Positions 22,526 to 31,410 of a DNA stretch of 57,891 bases are shown one piece after another. The notes under the pieces were generated by a model that was not told the DNA's origin, did no database searches, and worked only from the letters and a program-made list of their open reading frames with translations. The number at the start of each line of letters is the position of its first letter. Within the stretch, counting starts at the first letter, position 1. Location of the stretch: NCBI GenBank assembly GCA_934486965.1, contig CAKSQP010000001.1, forward strand, positions 1-57,891, given 5' to 3'. The position numbers and the translations under genes are program-made. This stretch comes from an uncultured Eubacteriales bacterium. Its GTDB lineage: Bacteria > Bacillota > Clostridia > Oscillospirales > UBA644.

Positions 22526-23428
22526 ATGGGACTTATCTCCGCTTTGCCGGGAGCCGTCGCCCAGGGACTTATCTGGGGCATTATGGCGATCGGCGTATAC
22601 ATCACTTACAAAATACTCGACATCGCCGATCTTACGGTTGACGGCTCTATCTGCACGGGAGCCATAGTCTGCGCAATGCTCATGGTAAACGGCACGCCCG
22701 TCTGGCTCGCGCTCATCGCCGCAACGGTCGCGGGAATTATTGCGGGCGCGATAACGGGGCTTTTGCATATACTTTTGGGAATTCCCGCTATTCTTTCGGG
22801 AATACTCACGCAACTTGTCCTGTGGTCGGTAAACCTCAAAATCATGGGAAAGGCAAACCAGCCGCTTTCCGCAAGAAACTATAAAGTTCTCATTTCGCAG
22901 ATGAACATTCCCTCGGCGCTTATCGTTCTTGCCGTTTTCGCGGTTCTTCTCGTCGCGGTTCTCTACCTCTTCTTCGGAACGGAACTCGGCGCAGGTATCC
23001 GCGCTACGGGCATAAACCCCGCAATGAGCCGCGCGCAGGGCATAAACACCGACATAACGAAACTCATAGGCCTTGCCCTTTCAAACGGAATAGTCGCCCT
23101 GTCGGGCGCTCTTCTCTGCCAGTATCAGGGATACGCCGACATAAATATGGGTAAGGGCGCCGTCGTTATCGGGCTTGCCGCCGTCGTTATCGGCGAAGCG
23201 ATAATCTCGAAACTGCCGCCGAATTTTGCGATCCGTCTTACGGGCGTTATTATCGGCGCGGTCATCTATTATATCGTATATCAGGTAATAATTTTCCTCG
23301 GTCTTGACACCGACCTTCTCAAAATGCTCTCGGCGGTCGTCGTTGCGATTTTCCTCGGTACGCCCTACGTCAAAGGAAAGATAGCCGCCCGCCGCGGAAT
23401 CAAAAAGGAGGGGAAAACAAATGCTTGA
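22526..23428 (+). CDS. ABC transporter permease (COG4120-type)
   Basis: The 300-aa ORF is highly hydrophobic and polytopic, and sits between the substrate-binding and ATPase genes. Confidence 0.85.
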   Translation: MGLISALPGAVAQGLIWGIMAIGVYITYKILDIADLTVDGSICTGAIVCAMLMVNGTPVWLALIAATVAGIIAGAITGLLHILLGIPAILSGILTQLVLWSVNLKIMGKANQPLSARNYKVLISQMNIPSALIVLAVFAVLLVAVLYLFFGTELGAGIRATGINPAMSRAQGINTDITKLIGLALSNGIVALSGALLCQYQGYADINMGKGAVVIGLAAVVIGEAIISKLPPNFAIRLTGVIIGAVIYYIVYQVIIFLGLDTDLLKMLSAVVVAIFLGTPYVKGKIAARRGIKKEGKTNA

Positions 23429-24218
23429 GTTGCAGAATATCACAAAAGTTTTTTACCCCGGTACAATAAACGAAAAGATAGCCCTCAACGATTTGAGCCT
23501 AACCCTGAACGACGGCGATTTCGTTACCGTCATCGGCGGAAACGGCGCGGGTAAAAGCACGATGCAGAATATCATTTCGGGCGTTTTCCGTCCCGAAAAA
23601 GGCAAAGTTTTAATCGACGAGACCGACGTCACGGCGCTCCCCGAATATAAACGCGCAAAATATCTCGGCAGAGTTTTTCAGGACCCCGCGATGGGCACTG
23701 CGGCGGATATGCAGATAGAAGAGAACCTCGCTCTCGCCTGCCGCAGAGGAAAACGCCGCACGCTCCGCTCCGGAATAACGAAAAGAGAGCGGGAGGAATA
23801 CAAAAGACTTCTTTCCGAACTCGACCTCGGACTTGAAAACCGAATGACCGCGAAAGTCGGTCTTCTTTCCGGCGGACAGAGACAGGCGCTGACCCTTCTC
23901 ATGGCGTCTCTCAACTGCCCGAAACTTCTGCTCCTCGACGAACACACCGCCGCCCTCGATCCGAAAACAGCGGCAAAAGTTCTCGACATAACGCAGAGAA
24001 TAGTCGAAAATAATCACCTCACGACCCTTATGATAACCCACAACATGAAAGACGCTATTGCCTACGGCAACCGCCTTATCATGCTTCACGAAGGACAGAT
24101 CATAATTGACGTTTCGGGTGAAGAAAAGAAAAACCTCACCGTCGAAGACCTCTTAACGCTGTTCAATAAGGCGAGCGGAACCGTCTTCGCAAACGACAGA
24201 GCAATTCTTTCGGACTGA
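23421..24218 (+). CDS. ABC transporter ATP-binding protein (COG1101-type)
   Basis: Walker A GGNGAGKST, signature LSGGQRQAL, Walker B LLLLDEHTAALD. The start overlaps the permease gene by 8 nt. Confidence 0.9.
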   Translation: MLELQNITKVFYPGTINEKIALNDLSLTLNDGDFVTVIGGNGAGKSTMQNIISGVFRPEKGKVLIDETDVTALPEYKRAKYLGRVFQDPAMGTAADMQIEENLALACRRGKRRTLRSGITKREREEYKRLLSELDLGLENRMTAKVGLLSGGQRQALTLLMASLNCPKLLLLDEHTAALDPKTAAKVLDITQRIVENNHLTTLMITHNMKDAIAYGNRLIMLHEGQIIIDVSGEEKKNLTVEDLLTLFNKASGTVFANDRAILSD

Positions 24219-24231
24219 TAATTTCAAAAGT

Positions 24232-24262
24232 AAAGCACTCGCTTTTCAGCGAGTGCTTTTTT
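24232..24262. terminator. Bidirectional intrinsic terminator between convergent operons
   Basis: GCACTCGC (24235-24242) pairs with GCGAGTGC (24249-24256). It is flanked by AAA on the 5' side and TTTTTT on the 3' side. Confidence 0.8.
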
Positions 24263-24709
24263 CTATTTAAGGGACGAATTCATTTTCTTTATTTTCCGTT
24301 TCCAGCAGAAATACTGTATAAGCCAGACCGCAACGAAAATCAAGACAAAAATTCCCGCATAAGAAAGCACGCCGACGACGGAATGTTCGATCCATTCGGA
24401 AATGTAAGCGATCGGCAGCATTACAAGCGACGCGATAAGAAAATATATTCCGCTCTGCTTTGCAAGGCTCCATGAATCAATTTCCCAGATAACGGACGCC
24501 ATGGCAAAGCCGCTCCCCATAATTCCGCAAAAAACGGTCTGCAACGAAACAGCCCCGAGTTCGCTCCCGACCGTTTCGATAAATTCGGGAGTTGCGGGAT
24601 AAAACGAGCCGTCGCCGATAAACGCCGAGATAATCAGCGTGATAACGAAACCTATCGCGATTCCGACGGGGAACCCGAACAGCCCGCGTTTTATAACTTC
24701 TTTTTTCAT
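24263..24709 (-). CDS. DUF3021-family membrane protein
   Basis: I place the start at MKKEVIKRGLFGFPVGIAIGFVITLII, preceded by a GAGGTGG RBS. The protein has four TM helices and sits in the usual position downstream of a LytTR regulator. Confidence 0.7.
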   Translation of the reverse strand: MKKEVIKRGLFGFPVGIAIGFVITLIISAFIGDGSFYPATPEFIETVGSELGAVSLQTVFCGIMGSGFAMASVIWEIDSWSLAKQSGIYFLIASLVMLPIAYISEWIEHSVVGVLSYAGIFVLIFVAVWLIQYFCWKRKIKKMNSSLK

Positions 24710-24719
24710 ATTTACCACC

Positions 24720-25160
24720 TCATAACCCCAAAAGTTTCTTGATTTTTGAAACATATCGCCGCGAAACGTAAGTGACCGTTCCGTTTGTCAAGGAAACGCG
24801 GATAGTCCCGACAAAACTCAGGTCAAAGCCCTTTACCTTTTTTATATTTATGATTTCGCCGTTCGAAATTCTCGCAAAAGAGCGGTTCAAAAGGTGTTGT
24901 TCCGCCTCATAAAGCCGCAGGCGGAGAAGATATTCCCCGTTTTCGGTTTCGGCATATACTTTTCCGCCCGAAGAATAAACGCGGTATATCGTTTCGGGGT
25001 CAAGGACCGTCGCCTGCCCGTCAGAAAACCCCGCGAGAACCGTCGCCCGAAAGCCCGAAACAGTTTTCACTATTTCGTTTATTTCGTCGGTCACTTTGTC
25101 CGTTACAACCACGATTTTCGGCTCGGTGCAGTCGCCGTCGATTTTGATTTCAACTTTCAT
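24720..25160 (-). CDS. LytTR-family DNA-binding protein (stand-alone)
   Basis: The 146-aa ORF ends with the LytTR segment ...FARISNGEIINIKKVKGFDLSFVGTIRVSLTNGTVTYVSRRYVSKIKKLL. Confidence 0.8.
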   Translation of the reverse strand: MKVEIKIDGDCTEPKIVVVTDKVTDEINEIVKTVSGFRATVLAGFSDGQATVLDPETIYRVYSSGGKVYAETENGEYLLRLRLYEAEQHLLNRSFARISNGEIINIKKVKGFDLSFVGTIRVSLTNGTVTYVSRRYVSKIKKLLGL

Positions 25161-25303
25161 GACAATCTCCTTTCAACGGCTTTATTATAAGGGACCGACG
25201 GCGGAATTTCAACAGTTTTTTGATAAACGGTCGTTTTTTGAATACGGACGGTTTTTAACGGGACAGAATTTCCCGCCCGCCAACGGTTTTTTTCGTTACC
25301 CTC

Positions 25304-25332
25304 TTGACAAAAAGAAAAAACGGCAGTATAAT
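25304..25332 (+). promoter_or_regulatory. Consensus sigma-A promoter for the XRE/DUF3169 pair
   Basis: TTGACA (25304-25309), 17 nt, TATAAT (25327-25332). Confidence 0.7.
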
Positions 25333-25336
25333 ACAT

Positions 25337-25376
25337 TTTGACAAGGATAGTTGTCAAACAGACAAATAAAATTGTC
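25337..25376 (+). promoter_or_regulatory. Two palindromic operators (GACAA-N6-TTGTC) just downstream of the -10 element
   Basis: TTTGACAAggatagTTGTCAAA lies at 25337-25358 and GACAAataaaaTTGTC at 25361-25376. Their centres are about 21 bp (two helical turns) apart, which suggests XRE autoregulation sites. Confidence 0.5.
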
Positions 25377-25391
25377 GAACGGAGGTTTTGT

Positions 25392-25613
25392 ATGGTACTG
25401 CGGAATCGTTTGAAAGAACGCAGAGCCGCGCTGAATGTCAATCAGCAGGAAATGGGACGCCTTTGCGGCGTATCACGGCAGACAATAAGCCTTATCGAAA
25501 GAGGCGATTATTCGCCGTCGGTGACCCTTGCCCTGACGATTGCAAAGGTATGCGGGGTTACGGTGGAAGAAGTGTTTTATTTACAGGAGGAAACCGAAAA
25601 TGGAAAACAATGA
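25392..25613 (+). CDS. Small XRE-family HTH transcriptional regulator
   Basis: MVLRNRLKERRAALNVNQQEMGRLCGVSRQTISLIERGDYSPSVTLALTIAKVCGV. A GGAGG RBS lies upstream. Confidence 0.85.
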   Translation: MVLRNRLKERRAALNVNQQEMGRLCGVSRQTISLIERGDYSPSVTLALTIAKVCGVTVEEVFYLQEETENGKQ

Positions 25614-26391
25614 AATCAAAAAAGCAAACCGCAAGGCTCTGCCGAAGTTTCTGCTTTTTTCCGTGCTGTGTATGGTCATCGGCGGAGTAACGGGCTATCT
25701 TGCGGCGAGATACGGACTTGACCGAATGGCGGGAACAATAGAGGCAGCGGGAGACTTCTTCGGAACTCAGATAGCCCCGTGGCTGATGGTCGCGACGGCT
25801 CTTGCCGTGCCCTCGGTATGCACCCCGATTTATCGGAAAGCAAAAAAACTGCTCGCTGCGTGGGACGGCGAAGACGAAGACGTCTCGGCGGAAACCGACC
25901 GAAAACTTTCTGCCGTAATCTGGATTACGGGTGTCACTCTTGTTCTTTCCTTTTTTCTGCTTGCCGCTTCTTATTCGGGAGGTTTTTCAACCTTTGACAA
26001 CAGCGAAAGAACCGTAATTCTTTTTATCGGAATTGCCGCATTTTTTATTATTTTTGCGGAAGTTATTATTTTCCAGCAGAAGTGCGTCGACGCCGCAAAG
26101 AAAACGAACCCCGAAAAGAAAGCGTCCGTTTACGATATGAAATTTCAGAAAAAGTGGATCGACGACTGCGACGAAGCCGAGAAAATCATGATAGGCAAAT
26201 GTGCGTTCAAAGCATATTCCGCAACAAATGCGGTCTGCGCGGCTTTATCCATAGTTCTTACCCTCTGCGCGCTCGTTTTCGGTATCGGATTTTTGCCCTC
26301 GCTTGCGGTATGCCTTATCTGGGTCATAAATATGTCGGTATATTTCAGGGAATCCCTGCGATATACAAGATCGGGAAACAAAATTTCCTGA
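25600..26391 (+). CDS. Polytopic membrane protein (DUF3169-like partner of small XRE regulators)
   Basis: The start MENNEIKKANRKALPKFLLFSVLCMVIGG follows a GGAGG RBS and overlaps the XRE gene by 14 nt. The protein has about six TM helices. The family assignment is from memory of the XRE+DUF3169 gene pair. Confidence 0.6.
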   Translation: MENNEIKKANRKALPKFLLFSVLCMVIGGVTGYLAARYGLDRMAGTIEAAGDFFGTQIAPWLMVATALAVPSVCTPIYRKAKKLLAAWDGEDEDVSAETDRKLSAVIWITGVTLVLSFFLLAASYSGGFSTFDNSERTVILFIGIAAFFIIFAEVIIFQQKCVDAAKKTNPEKKASVYDMKFQKKWIDDCDEAEKIMIGKCAFKAYSATNAVCAALSIVLTLCALVFGIGFLPSLAVCLIWVINMSVYFRESLRYTRSGNKIS

Positions 26392-26405
26392 CCGAGGGCG
26401 GATAA

Positions 26406-26759
26406 ATGAACTGTCTTTATCTCATATTTATTGCACTGCTGCTTATAATTATCCCGCAGATAATACGGAAAAGAAGACTTGCGGCAATAAGACATATTCT
26501 GAACAAAAAATTGCAGAAAAAGGAGAACGGCATTATGAAAGAACTTGCAGAACGGTTTATCGGAAAGGACTGTCTTATCTATACGATCATGTCAAACGAC
26601 GGAAGCATTGAAGGAATTATAAAAGAAGTTGCCGACGGCGGAATTGTCGTTGAGAGAAATTCGGGCGAACAGGAAATTATCAATCTGGATTTCGTCACCC
26701 GCATAAGAGAGTATCCGAGAAAGAAAAACGGTAAGAAAAAAAGCGTCGTTTTAGGCTGA
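26406..26759 (+). CDS. Hypothetical small protein (possible N-terminal TM anchor plus soluble domain)
   Basis: The ATG at 26406 is preceded by GAGGG. An alternative start at 26535 (MKELAERFIGKDCLIYT...) is preceded by AGGAGA. I recognise no family. Confidence 0.45.
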   Translation: MNCLYLIFIALLLIIIPQIIRKRRLAAIRHILNKKLQKKENGIMKELAERFIGKDCLIYTIMSNDGSIEGIIKEVADGGIVVERNSGEQEIINLDFVTRIREYPRKKNGKKKSVVLG

Positions 26760-26823
26760 TTCGCTGTTTGCGGGGAAGACTTTCCGCAAAAAACCTGCTA
26801 TACTTTTCTCGGAGGTATATAAA

Positions 26824-27366
26824 ATGGATCAGTTGAAAACAGGAAAATTCATAGCCGCCCTGCGAAAAGAGAAAAATATGACGCAGGAAAAACTCGGAGA
26901 AAAACTCGGCGTGACCAACAAAACCGTTTCCCGTTGGGAGAACGGCAACTATATGCCCGACATTGAAATGCTTTTGCTTCTTTCCAAAGAATTTGATGTG
27001 AGCATAAACGAAATTATAAGCGGAGAACGGCTTTTGGAGGAAAACTTCAAAAAAGCCGCGGACAATAACCTTGTTGCAGCCCTTGAAAACAGCACCTTTA
27101 CTCTGAAAGAAAAGATATCGTTTTTCAAGAAAAAATGGCTGCGTGAACATATCGGTGTTATCGCTTTGTGCGTTGCGGCGTGGATTGGGCTTATAATTTG
27201 GACGGCATTAAAACTGCAAGGTAATGACTTTTACCTTTTGGGGGCTGTCGGCGAACTTTCCGCGGTGCTTTTCTATCTTGTGTTATATAACCGCATGATG
27301 TCATACACCGAAAAGCACGCCTACGCACCCGACCCAAATGACACCCGACGCGAAAAAGGTAATTGA
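26824..27366 (+). CDS. XRE-family HTH protein with C-terminal transmembrane segments
   Basis: The HTH is MTQEKLGEKLGVTNKTVSRWENGNYMPDIEMLLLLSKEFDVSINEII. The C-terminal helices are IGVIALCVAAWIGLIIWTA and LLGAVGELSAVLFYLVLY. Confidence 0.8.
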   Translation: MDQLKTGKFIAALRKEKNMTQEKLGEKLGVTNKTVSRWENGNYMPDIEMLLLLSKEFDVSINEIISGERLLEENFKKAADNNLVAALENSTFTLKEKISFFKKKWLREHIGVIALCVAAWIGLIIWTALKLQGNDFYLLGAVGELSAVLFYLVLYNRMMSYTEKHAYAPDPNDTRREKGN

Positions 27367-27420
27367 GCTGAACGGTGTCAAGAGCGAACTTGTCATTTGC
27401 ACAAATAAATAAAACGATTG

Positions 27421-27449
27421 CGGCAGAGAATTAACTCTGCCGTTTTTTT
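27421..27449 (+). terminator. Intrinsic terminator
   Basis: CGGCAGAG (27421-27428) pairs with CTCTGCCG (27435-27442), followed by TTTTTTT. Confidence 0.8.
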
Positions 27450-27557
27450 CAGAAAATATTCGGAGTAAGGCGAAGACTTTTCCCGCCCGACGGCGGCTTT
27501 TTCAAGGCTTTCCCCTCTCTTTGCCGACACCGCAAAACGCACAACGGAAAAAGCCTC

Positions 27558-27586
27558 TTGCATTTTCCGATTTTTTATGTTATAAT
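27558..27586 (+). promoter_or_regulatory. Sigma-A promoter for the TetR/ABC operon
   Basis: TTGCAT (27558-27563), 17 nt, TATAAT (27581-27586). Confidence 0.6.
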
Positions 27587-27639
27587 AAAGTTACAGCCGT
27601 AACGCTACGACTGTATCCGTAAAGAAAAGGAGCAAGGTT

Positions 27640-28212
27640 ATGCCCAGAAACTATATGTTTACAAAAGAACAGGTGCTTGACGCCGCGATCGAACTGACGA
27701 GGGAAAAGGGGTTCGCCGCCGTTTCGGCACGGTCGCTCGGCGAAAAACTCGGCACGACTTCCCGCCCGATATTCAGTCATTTTGAGAATATGGCGGACGT
27801 ACAGAGAGGAATTATCTGCGCGGCGAACAGACTTTATCAGACTTTCCGCAAGGAAGAAACGGCAAGCGGAAAGTATGTTCCCTATAAAGCGAGCGGAATG
27901 GCGTATATCCGCTTTGCAAAAGAAGAAACGGAGCTTTTCAAGCTGCTTTTTATGCGTGACCGTTCGGGAGAAGACAAGGAAAACCCCGAAGAAATGGACG
28001 CTCTTATCGGACTTATCGCAAAACAAGTCGGTATAGACAAAGAAGAGGCGGAAGTTTTCTATCTTGAAATGTGGGCGTATACGCACGGCATTGCCTCGAT
28101 GATTGCGACGGGTTTTTACGAATGGGACGAAAATCTTGCGAGCAGAGCCCTTACCGATGTATACGAAGGATTAAAATATCGCTATAAAAACGGAGGCGGA
28201 CTAAATGATTGA
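27640..28212 (+). CDS. TetR/AcrR-family transcriptional regulator
   Basis: The 190-aa ORF has the N-terminal HTH AAIELTREKGFAAVSARSLGEKLGTTSRPIFSHFENM. Confidence 0.85.
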   Translation: MPRNYMFTKEQVLDAAIELTREKGFAAVSARSLGEKLGTTSRPIFSHFENMADVQRGIICAANRLYQTFRKEETASGKYVPYKASGMAYIRFAKEETELFKLLFMRDRSGEDKENPEEMDALIGLIAKQVGIDKEEAEVFYLEMWAYTHGIASMIATGFYEWDENLASRALTDVYEGLKYRYKNGGGLND

Positions 28213-28897
28213 AACGGAAAAAATCACAAAATCATACGGCACGGGCGAAAGCCTGACCGAGGTGTTAAAGGGAATCGACCTTAAAATTGCGGACGGCGAT
28301 TTTGTCGTGATATTAGGGGCGTCGGGGTCGGGAAAATCAACGCTTCTGAACTGTCTTTCGGGGCTTGAAAAAGTCGACGGCGGAAGTATAGAATACGACG
28401 GCGAAGACATTACGGCGCTTTCCGACAAAGCGCTGACGAAATTTCGCAGGGACAATATCGGCTTTATCTTTCAGCAGTATTATCTGCTTCCCGACATGAC
28501 GGTTGACAAAAACGTCCGAATGGGCGCCGATCTTGCGGGAAATGCGGACTATAAAGAGATCATCAAGGCGGTCGGTCTTGAAGAAAAAACCGCGAAATAT
28601 CCGTCCGAACTTTCGGGCGGCGAACAGCAGAGAGTATCGGTCGCCCGTGCGCTTGCCAAAAAGCCGAAAGTTCTGTTTCTCGACGAACCGACGGGCGCGC
28701 TCGACGAAAAGACGGGGCGGCAGGTGCTTGATTATATCTGCAGACTGCATACCGAATACGGCTTTACGGTCGTAATGGTAACGCACAACGCCAACATTGC
28801 GGAAACGGCAAACACCGTTATCAGAATGAACAGCGGCGAAATTGCCGAAATATATAAAAACGCGGCGCAGAAAACCGCTTATGAGATAGGGTGGTGA
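28205..28897 (+). CDS. ABC transporter ATP-binding protein (MacB/FtsE-like)
   Basis: Walker [10 protein letters not shown], signature [15 protein letters not shown], Walker [13 protein letters not shown]. Confidence 0.9.
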   Translation: MIETEKITKSYGTGESLTEVLKGIDLKIADGDFVVILGASGSGKSTLLNCLSGLEKVDGGSIEYDGEDITALSDKALTKFRRDNIGFIFQQYYLLPDMTVDKNVRMGADLAGNADYKEIIKAVGLEEKTAKYPSELSGGEQQRVSVARALAKKPKVLFLDEPTGALDEKTGRQVLDYICRLHTEYGFTVVMVTHNANIAETANTVIRMNSGEIAEIYKNAAQKTAYEIGW

Positions 28898-28900
28898 CCT

Positions 28901-30031
28901 ATGGTCATAAGATTAAAAGATACCGTTAAACTGTTCGGAATAACCGTTATTGCGTGCTGTGCCGTTTTTGCCTGTACGCTGTTTTTAAGTTACAATATCG
29001 ACCTTGCGGCAATAAAAGACGGGATATCGGCAGAAGCCGCCGCGATTTATAACGCGCAGGTACTTATGGGCAGGGTAATAGCCGCCGTTTCGGGCGGCTG
29101 TCTTATTGCGACCTCGGTCGTCATGCTGTTATTCTATGTAAAAAACTATATAAGCACGCACGGAAAGGAACTCGGAATTCTGAAAGCGCTCGGCTACTCC
29201 GATATAAAAATCGCAAAACATTTTTGGATATTCGGGCTTTCGGTATTTGTCGGCTGTGCCTTGGGATTCGCTGCGGGTTATCTTTATCTTCCGACGTTTT
29301 ATCAGAAACAGGCGCAGGGGCTGCAATCGCTGACCCCCGTATTTCATTCGCCGCTGGCTTTCGCCTTAGTCGTAATTCCGCCGATCGCTTTTGCCGCGAT
29401 ATCGGTGTTCTTTGCGTACCTTAAACTGAAAAGCCCCGTGCTTGATTTACTCCGCGAGAAACAGAATGTCAGAGTCGGAACGGGCAGAGACGGAAAAGAG
29501 GACGTGCCGTTCTTAAAAGACCTGCGGCATATAACGCTCAAAAGCAGAAAATCGCTTGTTTTCTTTGTCGCATTTTCGGCGTTCTGCTTTTCGGCAATGG
29601 TTCAGATGTCTTTTTCGATGACCGACCTTGCAAGCGAAACTTTCGCGTATATGGTTCTGTCAATAGGGCTTATTCTTGCGTTTGTAACTCTGTTTCTTTC
29701 GCTTTCGAGCGTCGTCAGAGGCAACACGAAGACGATTGCGATGATGAGAGTCTTCGGCTATGACGACAAAACCTGCAGCCGCCATATTCTCGGCGCTTAC
29801 CGCCCCGTTTCATATATCGGTTTTGCGATAGGCACGGTATATCAATACGGACTTTTGCGGCTTACGGTGTCGGTCGTGTTTGCGGATATTGAAAATGTTC
29901 CGGAATATAATTTCGATTTTAAGGCACTTACCGTCACTCTGGTGCTTTTCGTTGCCGTCTACGAACTTGCGATGTATATGTATTCCCGCAGTATAAAAAG
30001 GCTTTCGCTCAAAAGCATAATGTCAGAATAA
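28901..30031 (+). CDS. FtsX-like ABC transporter permease
   Basis: The 376-aa membrane ORF contains GILKALGYSD and MMRVFGYDD, which are FtsX-domain-like segments. It lies immediately after the ATPase gene. Confidence 0.8.
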   Translation: MVIRLKDTVKLFGITVIACCAVFACTLFLSYNIDLAAIKDGISAEAAAIYNAQVLMGRVIAAVSGGCLIATSVVMLLFYVKNYISTHGKELGILKALGYSDIKIAKHFWIFGLSVFVGCALGFAAGYLYLPTFYQKQAQGLQSLTPVFHSPLAFALVVIPPIAFAAISVFFAYLKLKSPVLDLLREKQNVRVGTGRDGKEDVPFLKDLRHITLKSRKSLVFFVAFSAFCFSAMVQMSFSMTDLASETFAYMVLSIGLILAFVTLFLSLSSVVRGNTKTIAMMRVFGYDDKTCSRHILGAYRPVSYIGFAIGTVYQYGLLRLTVSVVFADIENVPEYNFDFKALTVTLVLFVAVYELAMYMYSRSIKRLSLKSIMSE

Positions 30032-30267
30032 GCGCTATTTTCACAAAAAGCAACGAACGGTTGACAGATTGACAGGCGTCAAGTGGTTGTCGGCAACCTC
30101 GGAAAATGATAAAATAGAGAAAAACAAAACAAAAGGAGGATAGGCAGAGAAGGATTGAACTTTTATCGCCCGACCGCATCTCAAAAAAAACTCTCGAAAA
30201 TTTTTCTGCGGCGGGTGCACGCAGTTTTCACGGTGCGGATGTTCGGCATAACGACAAAGGAACCGCA

Positions 30268-31326
30268 GTGAATACTTTGTGTATTTACAAGGTTTCTGCG
30301 GAAGTTAGGACGGAAATCAGCCCGTCAAAACCGATACAAGTTCGATTCTTCTCTGCCCAAAAAAATATGATTTTTGCCGATAAACTTATTTTACTGCGGA
30401 AAAAAGCAGGGTGGTCGCAGGAGGAACTCGCCGAACAGATGGACGTGACGCGGCAGTCCGTTTCAAAATGGGAGGGCGCGCAGTCGGTCCCCGACCTTGA
30501 CAAAATGATACGCCTTTCCGAACTGTTCGGAGTAAGTACGGATTATCTGCTGAAAGACGAAATAGAAGAGGTCGAAAATTGCGGTCCGTCCGAAGATACG
30601 CCGTCATTAAGGCGCGTATCCATGGAAGAGGCGAACGCTTTCCTTTCGGTGAAAGCAAAAACCGCCAAAACCGTTGCATACTCCGTTTTTCTGTGTATCA
30701 TATCCCCGATAGCGCTTCTGCTTTCGGCGGCGATAAGCGAAAGCACGGCGGGCGCTTTGAACGAAAATCTTGCCGTCGGAATCGGGCTTACGGTTCTCGT
30801 GCTTATCGTGGCGGCAGCCGTCATGATGTTTATATCGAGCGGCGGGAAAACCGCACCTTTTGCCTTTCTTGAAAAAGAAAAGTTTGAAACCGCATACGGC
30901 GTTGACGGAATGGTAAAAGAACGCAGGGCGCAATATAAAGATATGCACACAAAATATAATATCGCGGGAGCCTGTTTATGTATTATCGCCGCAATTCCGC
31001 TTTTTGTCGCCTTGACCTTTGACGGCGACCTGTTTTCCGTGTTTATGCTTTCTCTTTCGTTTCTTATTGCGGGGGTCGGCGTTGTCTTCTTTATAAAAAC
31101 GGGAATTGTATGGGCAAGTTTCGAAAAACTTCTGCATGAAAACAAAAAGTCGTCCGTCGCGGACGCCGTATACACCGCATATTGGCTTACCGCAACGGCA
31201 ATTTATCTGGGATACAGCCTGCTGTCGGATAATTGGGACAGAAGTTTTGTTATATGGGTCGTCGCGGCGGTGATATTCCCCGCAGTCGTCGCAATAACGA
31301 ACGCCTTTAAGAAAAAAGCAAAATGA
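30268..31326 (+). CDS. XRE-family HTH protein fused to a polytopic membrane domain
   Basis: The HTH is WSQEELAEQMDVTRQSVSKWEGAQSVPDLDKMIRLSELFGVSTDYLL, followed by about six TM helices. The GTG at 30268 has an AAAGGA RBS. The ATG at 30367 (MIFADKLILLRKK) fits typical XRE N-termini but has no visible RBS, so the start is uncertain. Confidence 0.75.
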   Translation: MNTLCIYKVSAEVRTEISPSKPIQVRFFSAQKNMIFADKLILLRKKAGWSQEELAEQMDVTRQSVSKWEGAQSVPDLDKMIRLSELFGVSTDYLLKDEIEEVENCGPSEDTPSLRRVSMEEANAFLSVKAKTAKTVAYSVFLCIISPIALLLSAAISESTAGALNENLAVGIGLTVLVLIVAAAVMMFISSGGKTAPFAFLEKEKFETAYGVDGMVKERRAQYKDMHTKYNIAGACLCIIAAIPLFVALTFDGDLFSVFMLSLSFLIAGVGVVFFIKTGIVWASFEKLLHENKKSSVADAVYTAYWLTATAIYLGYSLLSDNWDRSFVIWVVAAVIFPAVVAITNAFKKKAK

Positions 31327-31372
31327 TCGGTCAAAACCGCGTCTGTCGCGGAATTTCATGAAAAACAAGGTT

Positions 31373-31410
31373 AAAAAAATGCACCTGCCGAAAAGCAGGT
31401 GCATTTTTTA
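31373..31410. terminator. Bidirectional intrinsic terminator
   Basis: ATGCACCTGC (31379-31388) pairs with GCAGGTGCAT (31395-31404). It is flanked by A7 on the 5' side and T5 on the 3' side. Confidence 0.85.

Noticed and set aside
30135-30270. Small ORF following the strong AGGAGG at about 30135
   Set aside because: No ATG, GTG or TTG lies 5-10 nt downstream. The nearest TTG is about 15 nt away and opens a ~38-codon frame with no distinguishing features.
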